From NCBI GenBank assembly GCA_018644935.1, contig JABGPL010000007.1:700-64699 (forward strand): a stretch of 64,000 nucleotides of DNA. Reading direction: 5' to 3'. The notes under the pieces are model-generated. The model was given only the letters and a program-made list of their open reading frames with translations. It was not told the origin of the DNA and did no database searches. The translations under genes and the position numbers were made by a program. Below, piece after piece: positions 37,465-47,261 of the stretch. Position 1 is the stretch's first letter, and each line of letters opens with the position of its first letter. This DNA is from Calditrichota bacterium (GTDB lineage: Bacteria > Electryoneota > AABM5-125-24 > Hatepunaeales > Hatepunaeaceae).

Positions 37465-39243
37465 ATGGAACGGCAGAAAGTCTTCAGCCTGCACAATACA
37501 AGCTCACAATTGGTATTTAGCGAGTTTGGAACACCTCAAAGATACCAATCCATAAAGAGAATTTGGTTTATGATGAGAATATCCTGTGTTATGATTTATG
37601 TTTTAACCGTCGTTTTCCTGTGTGTTAACGTGTCAATTGCTCAACCCGACATCAGTCAGGAAAGTACCTACGGAACTGACCGAGGAGAAACCTGTATGGA
37701 TCATATCCAGACTGCAGATGGTGGCTTTGTGTTTATTGGTCAGTCGAGTAATCCCAATAATGGTGAAAGCCAGATGGTGGCAGTAAAAGTTGACGCTGAT
37801 GGTGAGCAAACCTGGTTACAGACATACGGTGGGGAAGACGGTGAACAGGGGGATGCAATCCTGCAGTTAGAGGACGGCGGGTATGCTCTGGCAGGCAACA
37901 CATGGTCATATGGAGAGGGTTGGGAAGACTGTTGGCTGGTAAGGGTCAATGCTGATGGAGAGGAATTATGGTCACAGACTTATGGAGGTGACCGTCCCGA
38001 TGCTCTTTTCTCAATCCTGCCTATGGATGATGGCGGTTTTTCGCTTTGCGGATTCACCTGGTCATTTGGTGCGGGGGAAAAGGATTATTACCTGATTAGA
38101 ACCAATGCGGATGGCAACGCTGTCTGGACCAGGACTTATGGAGGGGAGGAGTTTGACTACGCCCGTGACCATGTGAGGACAGCGGATGGTGGCTTCGCTA
38201 TAGGCGGCTACACAACCTCCTTTGGTGGTGAAGAGAAGAATATGGGATTGTGTAAGGTTGATGAAAACGGTGAGTTGGAATGGTGGCAGGCTTTTGGTGG
38301 TGATGGAAATGATGATTGTTTTTCATTGATTCAATCTACTGACAATGGCTATGTTTTAGCAGGTTATACAGAGCCCGAGGAAATTGGTTTCTGGGATATT
38401 TTTATTTTGAAAACCGATTCCGAGGGTGAGGAAGAATGGTCAGTAACTGTCAATATGGAAGACAATGAGATGTTGACGGATATCATACAACTGGATGATG
38501 AGGGCTATCTGGCAACAGGTTATGTGATTTCGAATGAAGATGGTGGAGCAGATTGCTATTTCATCCGGCTTGACAGAAATGGAGAAGTTAAATGGGAAAT
38601 GCTTTACGGGCACGAATATGCCGATGAATGCCACTCTGTTATCGTTACACCTGAGGGATATTCATTTGCAGGATTCAGTGTTTCTGTAGAGGATATGGAT
38701 CTTAATATGTGGCATATACAGACTGAAGTTGATCCATTTGGGCAGTTTGCTATTCCTCTGGGTCAAGGTTGGAATTTGATTTCCTCACCGAAACCACCTC
38801 CTGAACCCAATATGGAGTCTGTGTGGGGTGATATTGTAGACCGCGAAAATCTTCTTTTAACCAAAAACCATCAAGGGCAGTTTTTCCTTCCAAGCCACAA
38901 CTTCAACAATATGGCTGATTGGGATGTGCGTTTTGGTTATTTTGCCAATCTTGCTACTGCTGATACACTTGCAATAATTTCTGAGACGGTGCCAGAAAAT
39001 ACTCCAATCCATCTTCGTCAGGGGTGGTCAATTGTTTCATATCTCCCCAGTCAAACAATTGATGCCAGGCAAGCATTTGAATCAATAGCGGATCAACTAT
39101 TACTGGCAAAGGATGGCAATGGTCGTTTTTACTCACCTCAAAACGATTTTTCAAATATGCAACCACTAAGACAGGGACTTGGTTATCAGGTTAAATCTTC
39201 TGATGTAGTAGAATTGATTTGGATGCAGCAGGATGACGAATAG
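37465..39243 (+). CDS. secreted propeller-repeat protein (about seven W-x2-TYGG units), paralogue 1, no T9SS tail
   Basis: Repeats of the form DGGY..AG.T.S.G.G..D.WL.R...DG...W..TYGG. The signal peptide begins at the internal ATG 37570 (MMRISCVMIYVLTVVFLCVNVSIAQ), which is a likely alternative start. The C-terminal 165 aa form a distinct module shared with 43745..46846. Confidence 0.75.
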   Translation: MERQKVFSLHNTSSQLVFSEFGTPQRYQSIKRIWFMMRISCVMIYVLTVVFLCVNVSIAQPDISQESTYGTDRGETCMDHIQTADGGFVFIGQSSNPNNGESQMVAVKVDADGEQTWLQTYGGEDGEQGDAILQLEDGGYALAGNTWSYGEGWEDCWLVRVNADGEELWSQTYGGDRPDALFSILPMDDGGFSLCGFTWSFGAGEKDYYLIRTNADGNAVWTRTYGGEEFDYARDHVRTADGGFAIGGYTTSFGGEEKNMGLCKVDENGELEWWQAFGGDGNDDCFSLIQSTDNGYVLAGYTEPEEIGFWDIFILKTDSEGEEEWSVTVNMEDNEMLTDIIQLDDEGYLATGYVISNEDGGADCYFIRLDRNGEVKWEMLYGHEYADECHSVIVTPEGYSFAGFSVSVEDMDLNMWHIQTEVDPFGQFAIPLGQGWNLISSPKPPPEPNMESVWGDIVDRENLLLTKNHQGQFFLPSHNFNNMADWDVRFGYFANLATADTLAIISETVPENTPIHLRQGWSIVSYLPSQTIDARQAFESIADQLLLAKDGNGRFYSPQNDFSNMQPLRQGLGYQVKSSDVVELIWMQQDDE

Positions 39244-39434
39244 CCACGTTAGAATCCGATGATTTCCTGTAACATTTCCTTGACAACGTCAGAATAATTA
39301 CCTAACTTCAAATTATTCAATTAGAAATATTATTTCGTGAAAAATAAACCAGTACATAGATTCCGCTAGTTTGACATTGGATAACACAATCACGTTAAAC
39401 GTGTTGTCCCGCTCTCTTCAGAGGAGGTGCTAAA

Positions 39435-41705
39435 TTGTTCACCACTCACACCTGTGTTTTTTCAAGTATTTATCCCACAACTCCGCTCACAAGAAAGATC
39501 CACACGATTATTTTCTTTATACTGATATGTACAATATTGGCAACGATGCTTCACGCCCAACCAAACAACGTATGGATGCATTTCTACGATAACAACGGTA
39601 ATGCAAACTATTTTTACGATGTCTTCGCAACCACTAACGGTGGTTATGCAATGTGTGGATTTACCCCTGCTGAACAGGGTAATAGCGCATACTGGCTTGT
39701 CAGTGTTGATGAAAACGGTGATGAAATTTGGCAGCGAACCTACTCACATGAGAGATTTCCCGACATTAATAATTGGTGTTATTCGCTTATTCAAGACGAT
39801 AATGGGGGATTTTTGATAGGGGGGAGAGTCAGAGACCAAGAAAATCTGAAACATTTCTCAGTGCTCAGAACTGAGCCTGATGGCAACATGATGTGGTGGC
39901 GAGAATATGGAGAACCAGGATGGGCCGCTGAATGTTGGGCGGTGATAGAGCTTAAAACCAGTGAGTTCGTTGCAGTTGGCCGAAATGGGAATTTTGACGC
40001 ATATGCAATTATGCTCAATGATGATGGTGATGTCTTGTGGGAACAAACATATCAGGATCTGGGCAAGTGGTTCCGGTCATTGCGAGAAGTCGCTGGTGGT
40101 TTGCTCCTTGTTGGTTGGGATAATGAGCACCGTGGTTGGATATTGAAAACAAACTTTGAGGGAGAGGTTCTTTGGTCACAATCCTACCAATCCGGTCAAT
40201 TGATGTCACTCATCTCCTGCCGGGAAGGTGGTTTTGCTGCAAGTGGTCACATTACGGGAGATCAAAATGGCTGGTATTTGTTAAGGGTGGATGAGGATGG
40301 AAATGAAATCTGGTCAAGTACTTATGATTTCGTTGGCAATGAATGGAGCAATTGTGTTACTCAAATGTGGGACAATGGTTTTACTTTAGTTGGTGAAGCT
40401 CAAGAAGATAATGAATCCAGAGTCCTTCGAACCGACGTGGCAGGAAACGAAGTGTGGCGCAGGTCTGATGGTAATGAAGAGGAAATGGTTTGGGGGGGAT
40501 ATAAAGCAGTAGTGGTTGGACATGATGGAATGGCATTAGCAGTTGGAACAGGTTTACGAAGATTGGATGACAATAGAGTAGATGGTGTTTTAACAAAGAT
40601 AATGTTAGAGGTATTTCCTCCAGAAATCATTTTCCACGTACCGGAAGACATCGAGTTGAATGTCTTGCAGGGTGACACCATTCAATTTGCAGTTCAGGCG
40701 GAAGATATGCAGGATGATTCATTATCATACTTCTGGATACTTGACGACGATACAGTTGCAACCGATACCACTACAATGATAATTTTTGAAGAGCTTGGTG
40801 ATCACAGAGTTGAGTGCTTTGTTTCCGAGGGAGAACTTGCAGACTCCGTGCTATGGTTGGTACACGTCAATGAATTTTTCATCCGCAACTATGAACCGGA
40901 CAGTCTTGAATTGACCATTCAGAGGGGAACTGAAATAGATTTCGGAATTGATATAGCAGCAATTGAGGAAATCGAGGTTGAAAACACCTGGATAATAACA
41001 CATCGCAACCAACAGCAGGAGGAAATCGGGAATGAGGGTGAGGTTACGGTGATGTTTGATCAGTCTGGTAGACATCTACTTCAAGCACAAGTATCGTATG
41101 AAGATGCAACGGATGAGGTGAGCTGGATTATCAGCGTTCGCTCGGCTATCTGGTCGTGGTGGCCGTCTGAGCTTGAATTGTCGGCTTATGTTGATTCTAC
41201 GTTTGAGTTCGTCATTACTCCGTTCAATGAAGAATCGGATTCGCTCGAATATGCGTGGTTGCTGGATAATGAACCTATGGAGAGTGACAGTGCATCAATT
41301 AGGTTGACCTTCCCTGAGACCGGACAAAGAGAAGTTACATCCATTGTTCATGATGGCATAGAAGCTGATACAATCCTCTGGTCAGTCAATGTGGAGGAGT
41401 GGTCATTCACAGCAGATGACTCGGATTTCGCAGATTTGCCGGTTACAGCACAACTGTACCCGGGGGTTCCTAATCCATTTAATTCATCGGTTAGGTTATC
41501 GATGTATTTGCCAAGAGCAGAACATGTTCTGCTCTCGGTGTTTGATGTTAATGGGCGAGAGGTGTTGCGGTTGGTTGATGGGGATTTTGGGGCGGGAAGT
41601 CAGACTTTTGTCTGGAATGGAGGTGGTTTCCCGGCGGGGGTTTATTTCCTGCAATTCTATGCGGGGGAGATTGAAACAACTCAGAAAATTTTGTTAGTTA
41701 AATAA
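39435..41705 (+). CDS. secreted propeller-repeat protein, paralogue 2, with Ig-like repeats and T9SS C-terminal sorting domain
   Basis: TTG start 6 nt after GAGGAGGTG, then a signal/TM segment. Seven W..Y-type repeats and about three Ig-like repeats follow. The tail is VPNPFNSSVRLSMYLP...VYFLQF. Confidence 0.8.
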   Translation: MFTTHTCVFSSIYPTTPLTRKIHTIIFFILICTILATMLHAQPNNVWMHFYDNNGNANYFYDVFATTNGGYAMCGFTPAEQGNSAYWLVSVDENGDEIWQRTYSHERFPDINNWCYSLIQDDNGGFLIGGRVRDQENLKHFSVLRTEPDGNMMWWREYGEPGWAAECWAVIELKTSEFVAVGRNGNFDAYAIMLNDDGDVLWEQTYQDLGKWFRSLREVAGGLLLVGWDNEHRGWILKTNFEGEVLWSQSYQSGQLMSLISCREGGFAASGHITGDQNGWYLLRVDEDGNEIWSSTYDFVGNEWSNCVTQMWDNGFTLVGEAQEDNESRVLRTDVAGNEVWRRSDGNEEEMVWGGYKAVVVGHDGMALAVGTGLRRLDDNRVDGVLTKIMLEVFPPEIIFHVPEDIELNVLQGDTIQFAVQAEDMQDDSLSYFWILDDDTVATDTTTMIIFEELGDHRVECFVSEGELADSVLWLVHVNEFFIRNYEPDSLELTIQRGTEIDFGIDIAAIEEIEVENTWIITHRNQQQEEIGNEGEVTVMFDQSGRHLLQAQVSYEDATDEVSWIISVRSAIWSWWPSELELSAYVDSTFEFVITPFNEESDSLEYAWLLDNEPMESDSASIRLTFPETGQREVTSIVHDGIEADTILWSVNVEEWSFTADDSDFADLPVTAQLYPGVPNPFNSSVRLSMYLPRAEHVLLSVFDVNGREVLRLVDGDFGAGSQTFVWNGGGFPAGVYFLQFYAGEIETTQKILLVK

Positions 41706-41730
41706 GTAATCAAATTCAGGAATTCCCGTC

Positions 41731-43689
41731 ATGCGACGAAAATGTTTGATTTTACTTCTGCTGATATTAATCACACTGCCAATTTATGCGCAACCTGGAG
41801 TTGCATGGGAGCGATTATATGGCAACGATGAAAGGGAAAGATTCTATGCCCACATCAGAACCGAGGACGGTGGTTGGGCTTTCACTGGTTTACGCTCGCA
41901 TAGAATCAGAATGCTGTATTTGGTCAAGACAGATGAGATGGGGGAGGTGGAATTTGAAGTTACTCTCGGTGATGAGGGAGATGGTTGTACTGGTTGGGAT
42001 CTGAGCCAGACCGAAGACGGCGGGTATTTGGTCGGTGGTGATTGGAATGCAAACAATGGGTCCGGCGCATTTGGAGCATTACGTACGGATGTGAATGGTG
42101 ATTTATTATGGGAAAGAAGTTATGGAGAATCTCCCAGATCCAGATGCTATGCAGTAATTGGCAGCAGCAACGACGAGTTTTATCTAGCAGGTTACGCTCA
42201 AGCAGAAGAGAACGGCCTCCAGGGCTATGTTGTTAAAATCGATGCGAATGGTGATGTTATTTGGGAAAGGTTTTATGGTGGTGTTAGAGAGGAGAAGTTC
42301 TGGGACATCGATGCTGCAGATTTTGGATATGTCCTCTGCGGTAGTTCGAGCAGTGCTGGAGGAGAAGATAATGACTTCTGGTTTGTGCGCATCAATCCTG
42401 ACGGTGATGAGTTACAATCAGAAACGTACGGTAATGAGTTAAATGAAACTGCCTATGCGATCAAACAATACCCCGGTCAGGGAGGATGGGCGTTGTCAGG
42501 ACAAAGTGGTCCTGGCTGGCCTGATTATTATGCTGCCCTGCTTCGCATAAATCGAGATGGTATTCAGCAGTGGTTTACTGACTACGAGAATGATGAAGTG
42601 TTTACAGTCGCCTATGATTTTGTTATTATGCCAGATGGTGGGATAACAGCTGTCGGATATGGTCATGAACAAAATATTTATCTCGGTTACTGTTTTGGCA
42701 CAGACAATGCCGGAAACATGATGTGGGAACGTCTGGACGACGTTTGGGAAGGGAACGCCGATTTTCAGACGGCAGTGCTCGATGACGACGGTGGAGTTAC
42801 TATCGCAGGTAGAGCTAAAGTTTTTTCAGAGGTAGGTACCGATCTAAATGGCTGGTTTCTCAAATTGGCGGCGGCTGATCAACCACCAATGTTATTGGAT
42901 AAAACACCTTCTGATTCTGTAGTGCGCCTGTCACCCGGTGCTGAAGAGACCTTTTCTGTGATAGCACTGGATCCTGAAGGTGTCGATCTCCTTTATCGTT
43001 GGGTGTCTGATGGGGACACATTGGGAGAGGAGGACAGTCTCGTCCTCGATTTCCCCGAACTTGACACTCTGGGCTTGTCAGTATTTATCTCCGATCGTAC
43101 CTGGACAATCTCAACGGGCTGGGAGATCCTAGTTGTACCACTAATTTTTGACTGGCTCCCTGAGGATTCCGAGTTGCAGGTTGAAATCAATAGTGTCATT
43201 AATTTCAATGTTGAAGCCGGATTGCCCGATGACACGACCTTGACCTTTCAATGGAGACTGGATGAGGAAATTGTTTGTGAAATCAATGAATTTTCTAGTA
43301 TTTTCCAGGAGCTGGGTTTGTTCGATCTGACAGCTACTGTCCAGGCACGGGATGTAGTGGATTCAATCGCGTGGGAGATAGAGGTTGTCGATCCGGATAT
43401 TGTTCGAGAAACGGTACCATCTTTTTCTAAAAGCAAATTGTACGAACCTGTTCCCAATCCGTTTAATTCATCGGTCAAATTGTCAATGTATTTGCCAAAA
43501 ACTGAACACGTTCTGCTCTCGGTGTTTGATGTTAATGGGCGGGAAGTTTCGCGGTTGGTTGATGGTGATCTTACGGCTGGGAGTCAGACGTTTGTTTGGT
43601 ATGCTGGTGAATTTCCGGCTGGGGTTTATGTTGTGAGGATGATGGCTGAATCCGGCTCGGAAATACGGAAGGTTGTTTTGGTTCGTTAA
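41731..43689 (+). CDS. secreted propeller-repeat protein, paralogue 3, with Ig-like repeats and T9SS C-terminal sorting domain
   Basis: Signal peptide MRRKCLILLLLILITLPIYAQ and the same repeat architecture. The tail is VPNPFNSSVKLSMYLP...VYVVRM. Confidence 0.8.
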   Translation: MRRKCLILLLLILITLPIYAQPGVAWERLYGNDERERFYAHIRTEDGGWAFTGLRSHRIRMLYLVKTDEMGEVEFEVTLGDEGDGCTGWDLSQTEDGGYLVGGDWNANNGSGAFGALRTDVNGDLLWERSYGESPRSRCYAVIGSSNDEFYLAGYAQAEENGLQGYVVKIDANGDVIWERFYGGVREEKFWDIDAADFGYVLCGSSSSAGGEDNDFWFVRINPDGDELQSETYGNELNETAYAIKQYPGQGGWALSGQSGPGWPDYYAALLRINRDGIQQWFTDYENDEVFTVAYDFVIMPDGGITAVGYGHEQNIYLGYCFGTDNAGNMMWERLDDVWEGNADFQTAVLDDDGGVTIAGRAKVFSEVGTDLNGWFLKLAAADQPPMLLDKTPSDSVVRLSPGAEETFSVIALDPEGVDLLYRWVSDGDTLGEEDSLVLDFPELDTLGLSVFISDRTWTISTGWEILVVPLIFDWLPEDSELQVEINSVINFNVEAGLPDDTTLTFQWRLDEEIVCEINEFSSIFQELGLFDLTATVQARDVVDSIAWEIEVVDPDIVRETVPSFSKSKLYEPVPNPFNSSVKLSMYLPKTEHVLLSVFDVNGREVSRLVDGDLTAGSQTFVWYAGEFPAGVYVVRMMAESGSEIRKVVLVR

Positions 43690-43726
43690 GGAGAATCCGG
43701 GATATTCGATAATTATTGGGAGGACG

Positions 43727-43748
43727 GGCACATGCGATGTGCCTCTAC
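43727..43748 (-). repeat. REP-like hairpin GGCACAT-GCG-ATGTGCC + (T)CTAC between convergent genes
   Basis: Perfect 7-bp stem. CTAC at 43745-43748, overlapping the stop codon of the minus-strand gene. Confidence 0.55.
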
Positions 43749-46700
43749 TTTATTAGAGCGGCTTTAATAAAAAATTCATCCTGTCCAGATTGCAGCTTCA
43801 CAAAATAGATTCCAGTCGAAGCATTTTTGGCGTTCCAGACACAATTATGTTGACCGGTGCTAAGGGTGTTGTCTAAAATGGAGTTGACTTCTCTTCCGGA
43901 AATGTCATACACAGTTGCGGTTATTTTGCTTGCCTTTGTGAGTTCAAATGTTATTCGAAGATTATTGTTAAAGGGGTTCGGGAAGGAAGAGACGAGGTTA
44001 ATTGTCTCTGGATAGTCATTTTTGGGATCAATACTCACCTTCAGGAAGTCATCTGATCGATAAATCAAATCTCCCACATCAATTGAGAAATCTACATTGC
44101 TTGGTTGCCATTCCGAATCGAGTAAAACTAATTCGAGCTCACAATCCAGAATCGCGCCATCTATCTGCGAGGAAGCCTGATCGTCTCCCCAGATTGCTAT
44201 TCCACAATATTTCTGTCCGTCCAATACACCAGCACCGACACATAAATCACCCGCAAATACCCCAATTTCACCAGTGATTCCATATTGATTCTCGACCAGC
44301 AGACTCATGTTCGCGCCTGTTCGGCTCCGAAACTCAAAATTCCCAGGTGTTGATTTTGAATTACATGTTGCTGCAATACGCTCTCCGTTTTCCCAGCTCC
44401 AGATTAGTCCGACATCTTCTATGACATGAACTTGATAACCGAGACCAGGGCGGAGTGTCTCCATATTACTGAATTCGAGAGCTGGATAGTAAAAGTTACC
44501 ATTTTGGTCTTTAGCCATTGATAAAAATTCGACAATACTCCCAAATGCAATTTCAGCCTCGGTTTCTACACGAGGATAATAGGAAACTCCGCTCCAACCT
44601 GCTTGAAGTGGTATTTCTGTCTCAGGATCAACTGGAATGCCAATCATTTCGAAGCTGAATTCTTCCAGCATGTCAACCCAATAGGCTTGTGATACATCCC
44701 AGTTTCCGATGCCGTTATGACCAAATTGTGGTACATAAAAATCACCGTTTGCATTTTTGCAGAGTTGGAGCATACTTCTCAGGTTTGCCTGATTGAATAT
44801 GTCATCGACGTTTGGTTCAAAGGGATTTATGTAAGATGATACTATTGACCAGCCTTCTCTACACTGGATTATCTGTCTGGCATTATCATCACTGATTTCA
44901 AAAGAGAAAAGTCCATTCGGACCAGCAGGACGGCATCCCGCAAATATCGTATTATTGAGAATGGCGACACCTTCAAATCCGATTTGGTTTTCGTCATTCT
45001 CCAGGTCAATATCCATGTTATACCACCCGGTTATTTCGGGCTCGAATGGCTCAGACAGATCAAGAAGTACAATTGAATTCACAAGCGAAACAACAGCCCG
45101 ATTGTTTTCAAAGTCCATTCTCCGGGCACCATGTTCAAGCTGGAAAGTTTGAACGGGTTCAGGAGCTTCAATGTCTGAGATGTCGATAATTTCTAGTCCA
45201 TCCGGAACTGGCACATAAGCCGCATTTTCGTGTAAATAGACCCTTTCTCCCCTAATTTCGATTTCAGAAATCAGATCTATCTGGTCAACCTCGTCGCCGA
45301 TGATAAAAATCCTGAACATGCCGTTACCTGCACAGTAAAGGACACCCTCACGAAATGCACCATCAGCAGTTAATGGTTGATCGGTATCTCCAACAAGTTC
45401 AACATTCCCATCACCGTCAATGCCCATTATTTGCCAGATTTCTCCCGATTCTATTGCAAGATGGTTATTGATCTCAAGAATGCCGGCATCTCCGGGGTTT
45501 CCAAGATTTTGCTCCCACTGACGAACCAGACTCCCGTCTTCAGCAACAGTGAAAACGGTCACCCACTGTCCCATCCAACTCTGGCTAATTGCAATCCAAT
45601 TGGTACCTGTACAACTATAAACATTAAATCCGCGGGTTCCATGATTTGCATGGTAGGCGGGATGAGGACTTCTGGGTATCCCATTTTGATCGAAGCTAAA
45701 AGGAGCAGTTTTATATCTGTCCCGAATAATGAGATTGTCATCTCGTTTGATGATTTGTTCTGCGCCAAAAGGTGGGTAATATCGATTCACAACCGTTAGG
45801 GCGTCTTCTCCTTCGGGAATTAGGTGAAAAATGGCATCGGGCAGATTACCCGATCTTACATAAATGTCCTCTTCAAAAATCCTGATGGAGTTGCCACCCA
45901 TCCGACTCCAGCCAACTTCATTGGTATTTATTGATCTAATCTCAACTGGATCATCCGGGTCTTCAACATTGTAGAGAACGACATTATCCCAACGTAAATG
46001 TGAAACTGCTAAAAGTCCTGGTGCACCAGATAGTACATATGCATGATCATTTTCTTCAATGGTGGCATTTTCAACTGGGTCCTCCGGATCATTGCAATCA
46101 GTCAACTTCACTCCGAGTTCATTTCTTATCAAATCACCTGATGCCAGAATGTCGCCACACCAGGTTAAGAAATACGGGACGTATTCAAAAAGGACTGAGG
46201 ATCTTTGGGGATTTTCAATATCGGAAAGATCATATAAAATGAGACCTATTTCTTCATTTCCGATGACGAGTTTATTATCTCCGAGTGAAAATCTTGCAAA
46301 TTGTCCATCTATTGTACTTCGGAGAATGAGATTGTTGTCTTCATTAAGTTCATATAATCCTATCCTGTCAGGATTTTCTTCACCTATCGGACAACTATAA
46401 GTAAGAACAATATTCTCGTTTAACTGAACTTGCTGATGGGTGCGATCATCCTGTATCAATTGAATCAGTCGAGGGGCAGGTTCGTTACTGGAGAGAACTC
46501 CTAAACCATTTTCAAATCCAATGATTGCAACTTCCTCGTTGCATTCAAGAGCGAGCAAGCGTTCATCTGGTTGGCAAACAAACATACCCGTTGCTTGAAA
46601 ACCGTCTGAATTATCTTCGACGAGTCTCTCAATCTTGGTTTCATCACCATACAGGATTGTGCCGGGATGAGCCCCAAAGAGAAAAGGTTCGGTATTTATT

Positions 46701-46846
46701 AAATTACCAGGACAGGCAGAGCGGTGTGATAGCTCAATGTTTAATGCTTCTTGTGCACGCGAGTCAAAACGAGGGGCAAAAACAGAGAAGACAATAAACG
46801 CGAAAATAATGCAGGTTCGAGCCTTATGTTGCGGGTAAAAGCTCAT
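43745..46846 (-). CDS. large secreted protein with T9SS C-terminal sorting domain (beta-rich N-terminal region, shared 165-aa GW/NGxFYxP module)
   Basis: Signal peptide. 1033 aa. The tail is SFPNPFNNNLRITFEL...IYFVKL. Residues 657-822 align with the C-terminus of 37465..39243. Confidence 0.8.
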   Translation of the reverse strand: MSFYPQHKARTCIIFAFIVFSVFAPRFDSRAQEALNIELSHRSACPGNLINTEPFLFGAHPGTILYGDETKIERLVEDNSDGFQATGMFVCQPDERLLALECNEEVAIIGFENGLGVLSSNEPAPRLIQLIQDDRTHQQVQLNENIVLTYSCPIGEENPDRIGLYELNEDNNLILRSTIDGQFARFSLGDNKLVIGNEEIGLILYDLSDIENPQRSSVLFEYVPYFLTWCGDILASGDLIRNELGVKLTDCNDPEDPVENATIEENDHAYVLSGAPGLLAVSHLRWDNVVLYNVEDPDDPVEIRSINTNEVGWSRMGGNSIRIFEEDIYVRSGNLPDAIFHLIPEGEDALTVVNRYYPPFGAEQIIKRDDNLIIRDRYKTAPFSFDQNGIPRSPHPAYHANHGTRGFNVYSCTGTNWIAISQSWMGQWVTVFTVAEDGSLVRQWEQNLGNPGDAGILEINNHLAIESGEIWQIMGIDGDGNVELVGDTDQPLTADGAFREGVLYCAGNGMFRIFIIGDEVDQIDLISEIEIRGERVYLHENAAYVPVPDGLEIIDISDIEAPEPVQTFQLEHGARRMDFENNRAVVSLVNSIVLLDLSEPFEPEITGWYNMDIDLENDENQIGFEGVAILNNTIFAGCRPAGPNGLFSFEISDDNARQIIQCREGWSIVSSYINPFEPNVDDIFNQANLRSMLQLCKNANGDFYVPQFGHNGIGNWDVSQAYWVDMLEEFSFEMIGIPVDPETEIPLQAGWSGVSYYPRVETEAEIAFGSIVEFLSMAKDQNGNFYYPALEFSNMETLRPGLGYQVHVIEDVGLIWSWENGERIAATCNSKSTPGNFEFRSRTGANMSLLVENQYGITGEIGVFAGDLCVGAGVLDGQKYCGIAIWGDDQASSQIDGAILDCELELVLLDSEWQPSNVDFSIDVGDLIYRSDDFLKVSIDPKNDYPETINLVSSFPNPFNNNLRITFELTKASKITATVYDISGREVNSILDNTLSTGQHNCVWNAKNASTGIYFVKLQSGQDEFFIKAALIK

Positions 46847-47261
46847 ATTTTACACCATCATCCTGATTAGACAACCCTGTTCCGGTAGTACGCAATTAAT
46901 TCCAATCACAATGTCAGAATCCCGTGAATATGCAATCCTGCAGCAGGAGCAAATCCTGTTACGCGTAGCATAATTCATGATGTATTCTTATTTGTGATTT
47001 TGGAAATATAGAATTTCAAACATACCGGAGATTTTTTAGTTTCGCATTGCTGCAAATAATCAAAGGATGGATATCAGCAAACTAATCTACATTCGGCAAT
47101 ATATTCCCGGAGAAAGAGAAAGTCAAGGATTTATCTCAAAGTAAATAAAAACTGAAAGATAGTTTTAGAGGTTGACCAGCGAATCTCAGAGTTATTGTGT
47201 ATTCGTATAAACTCGTAAGTATGTGTATGTTATTAAAGGATAAAAGTTTTGTTCAGAGTTT

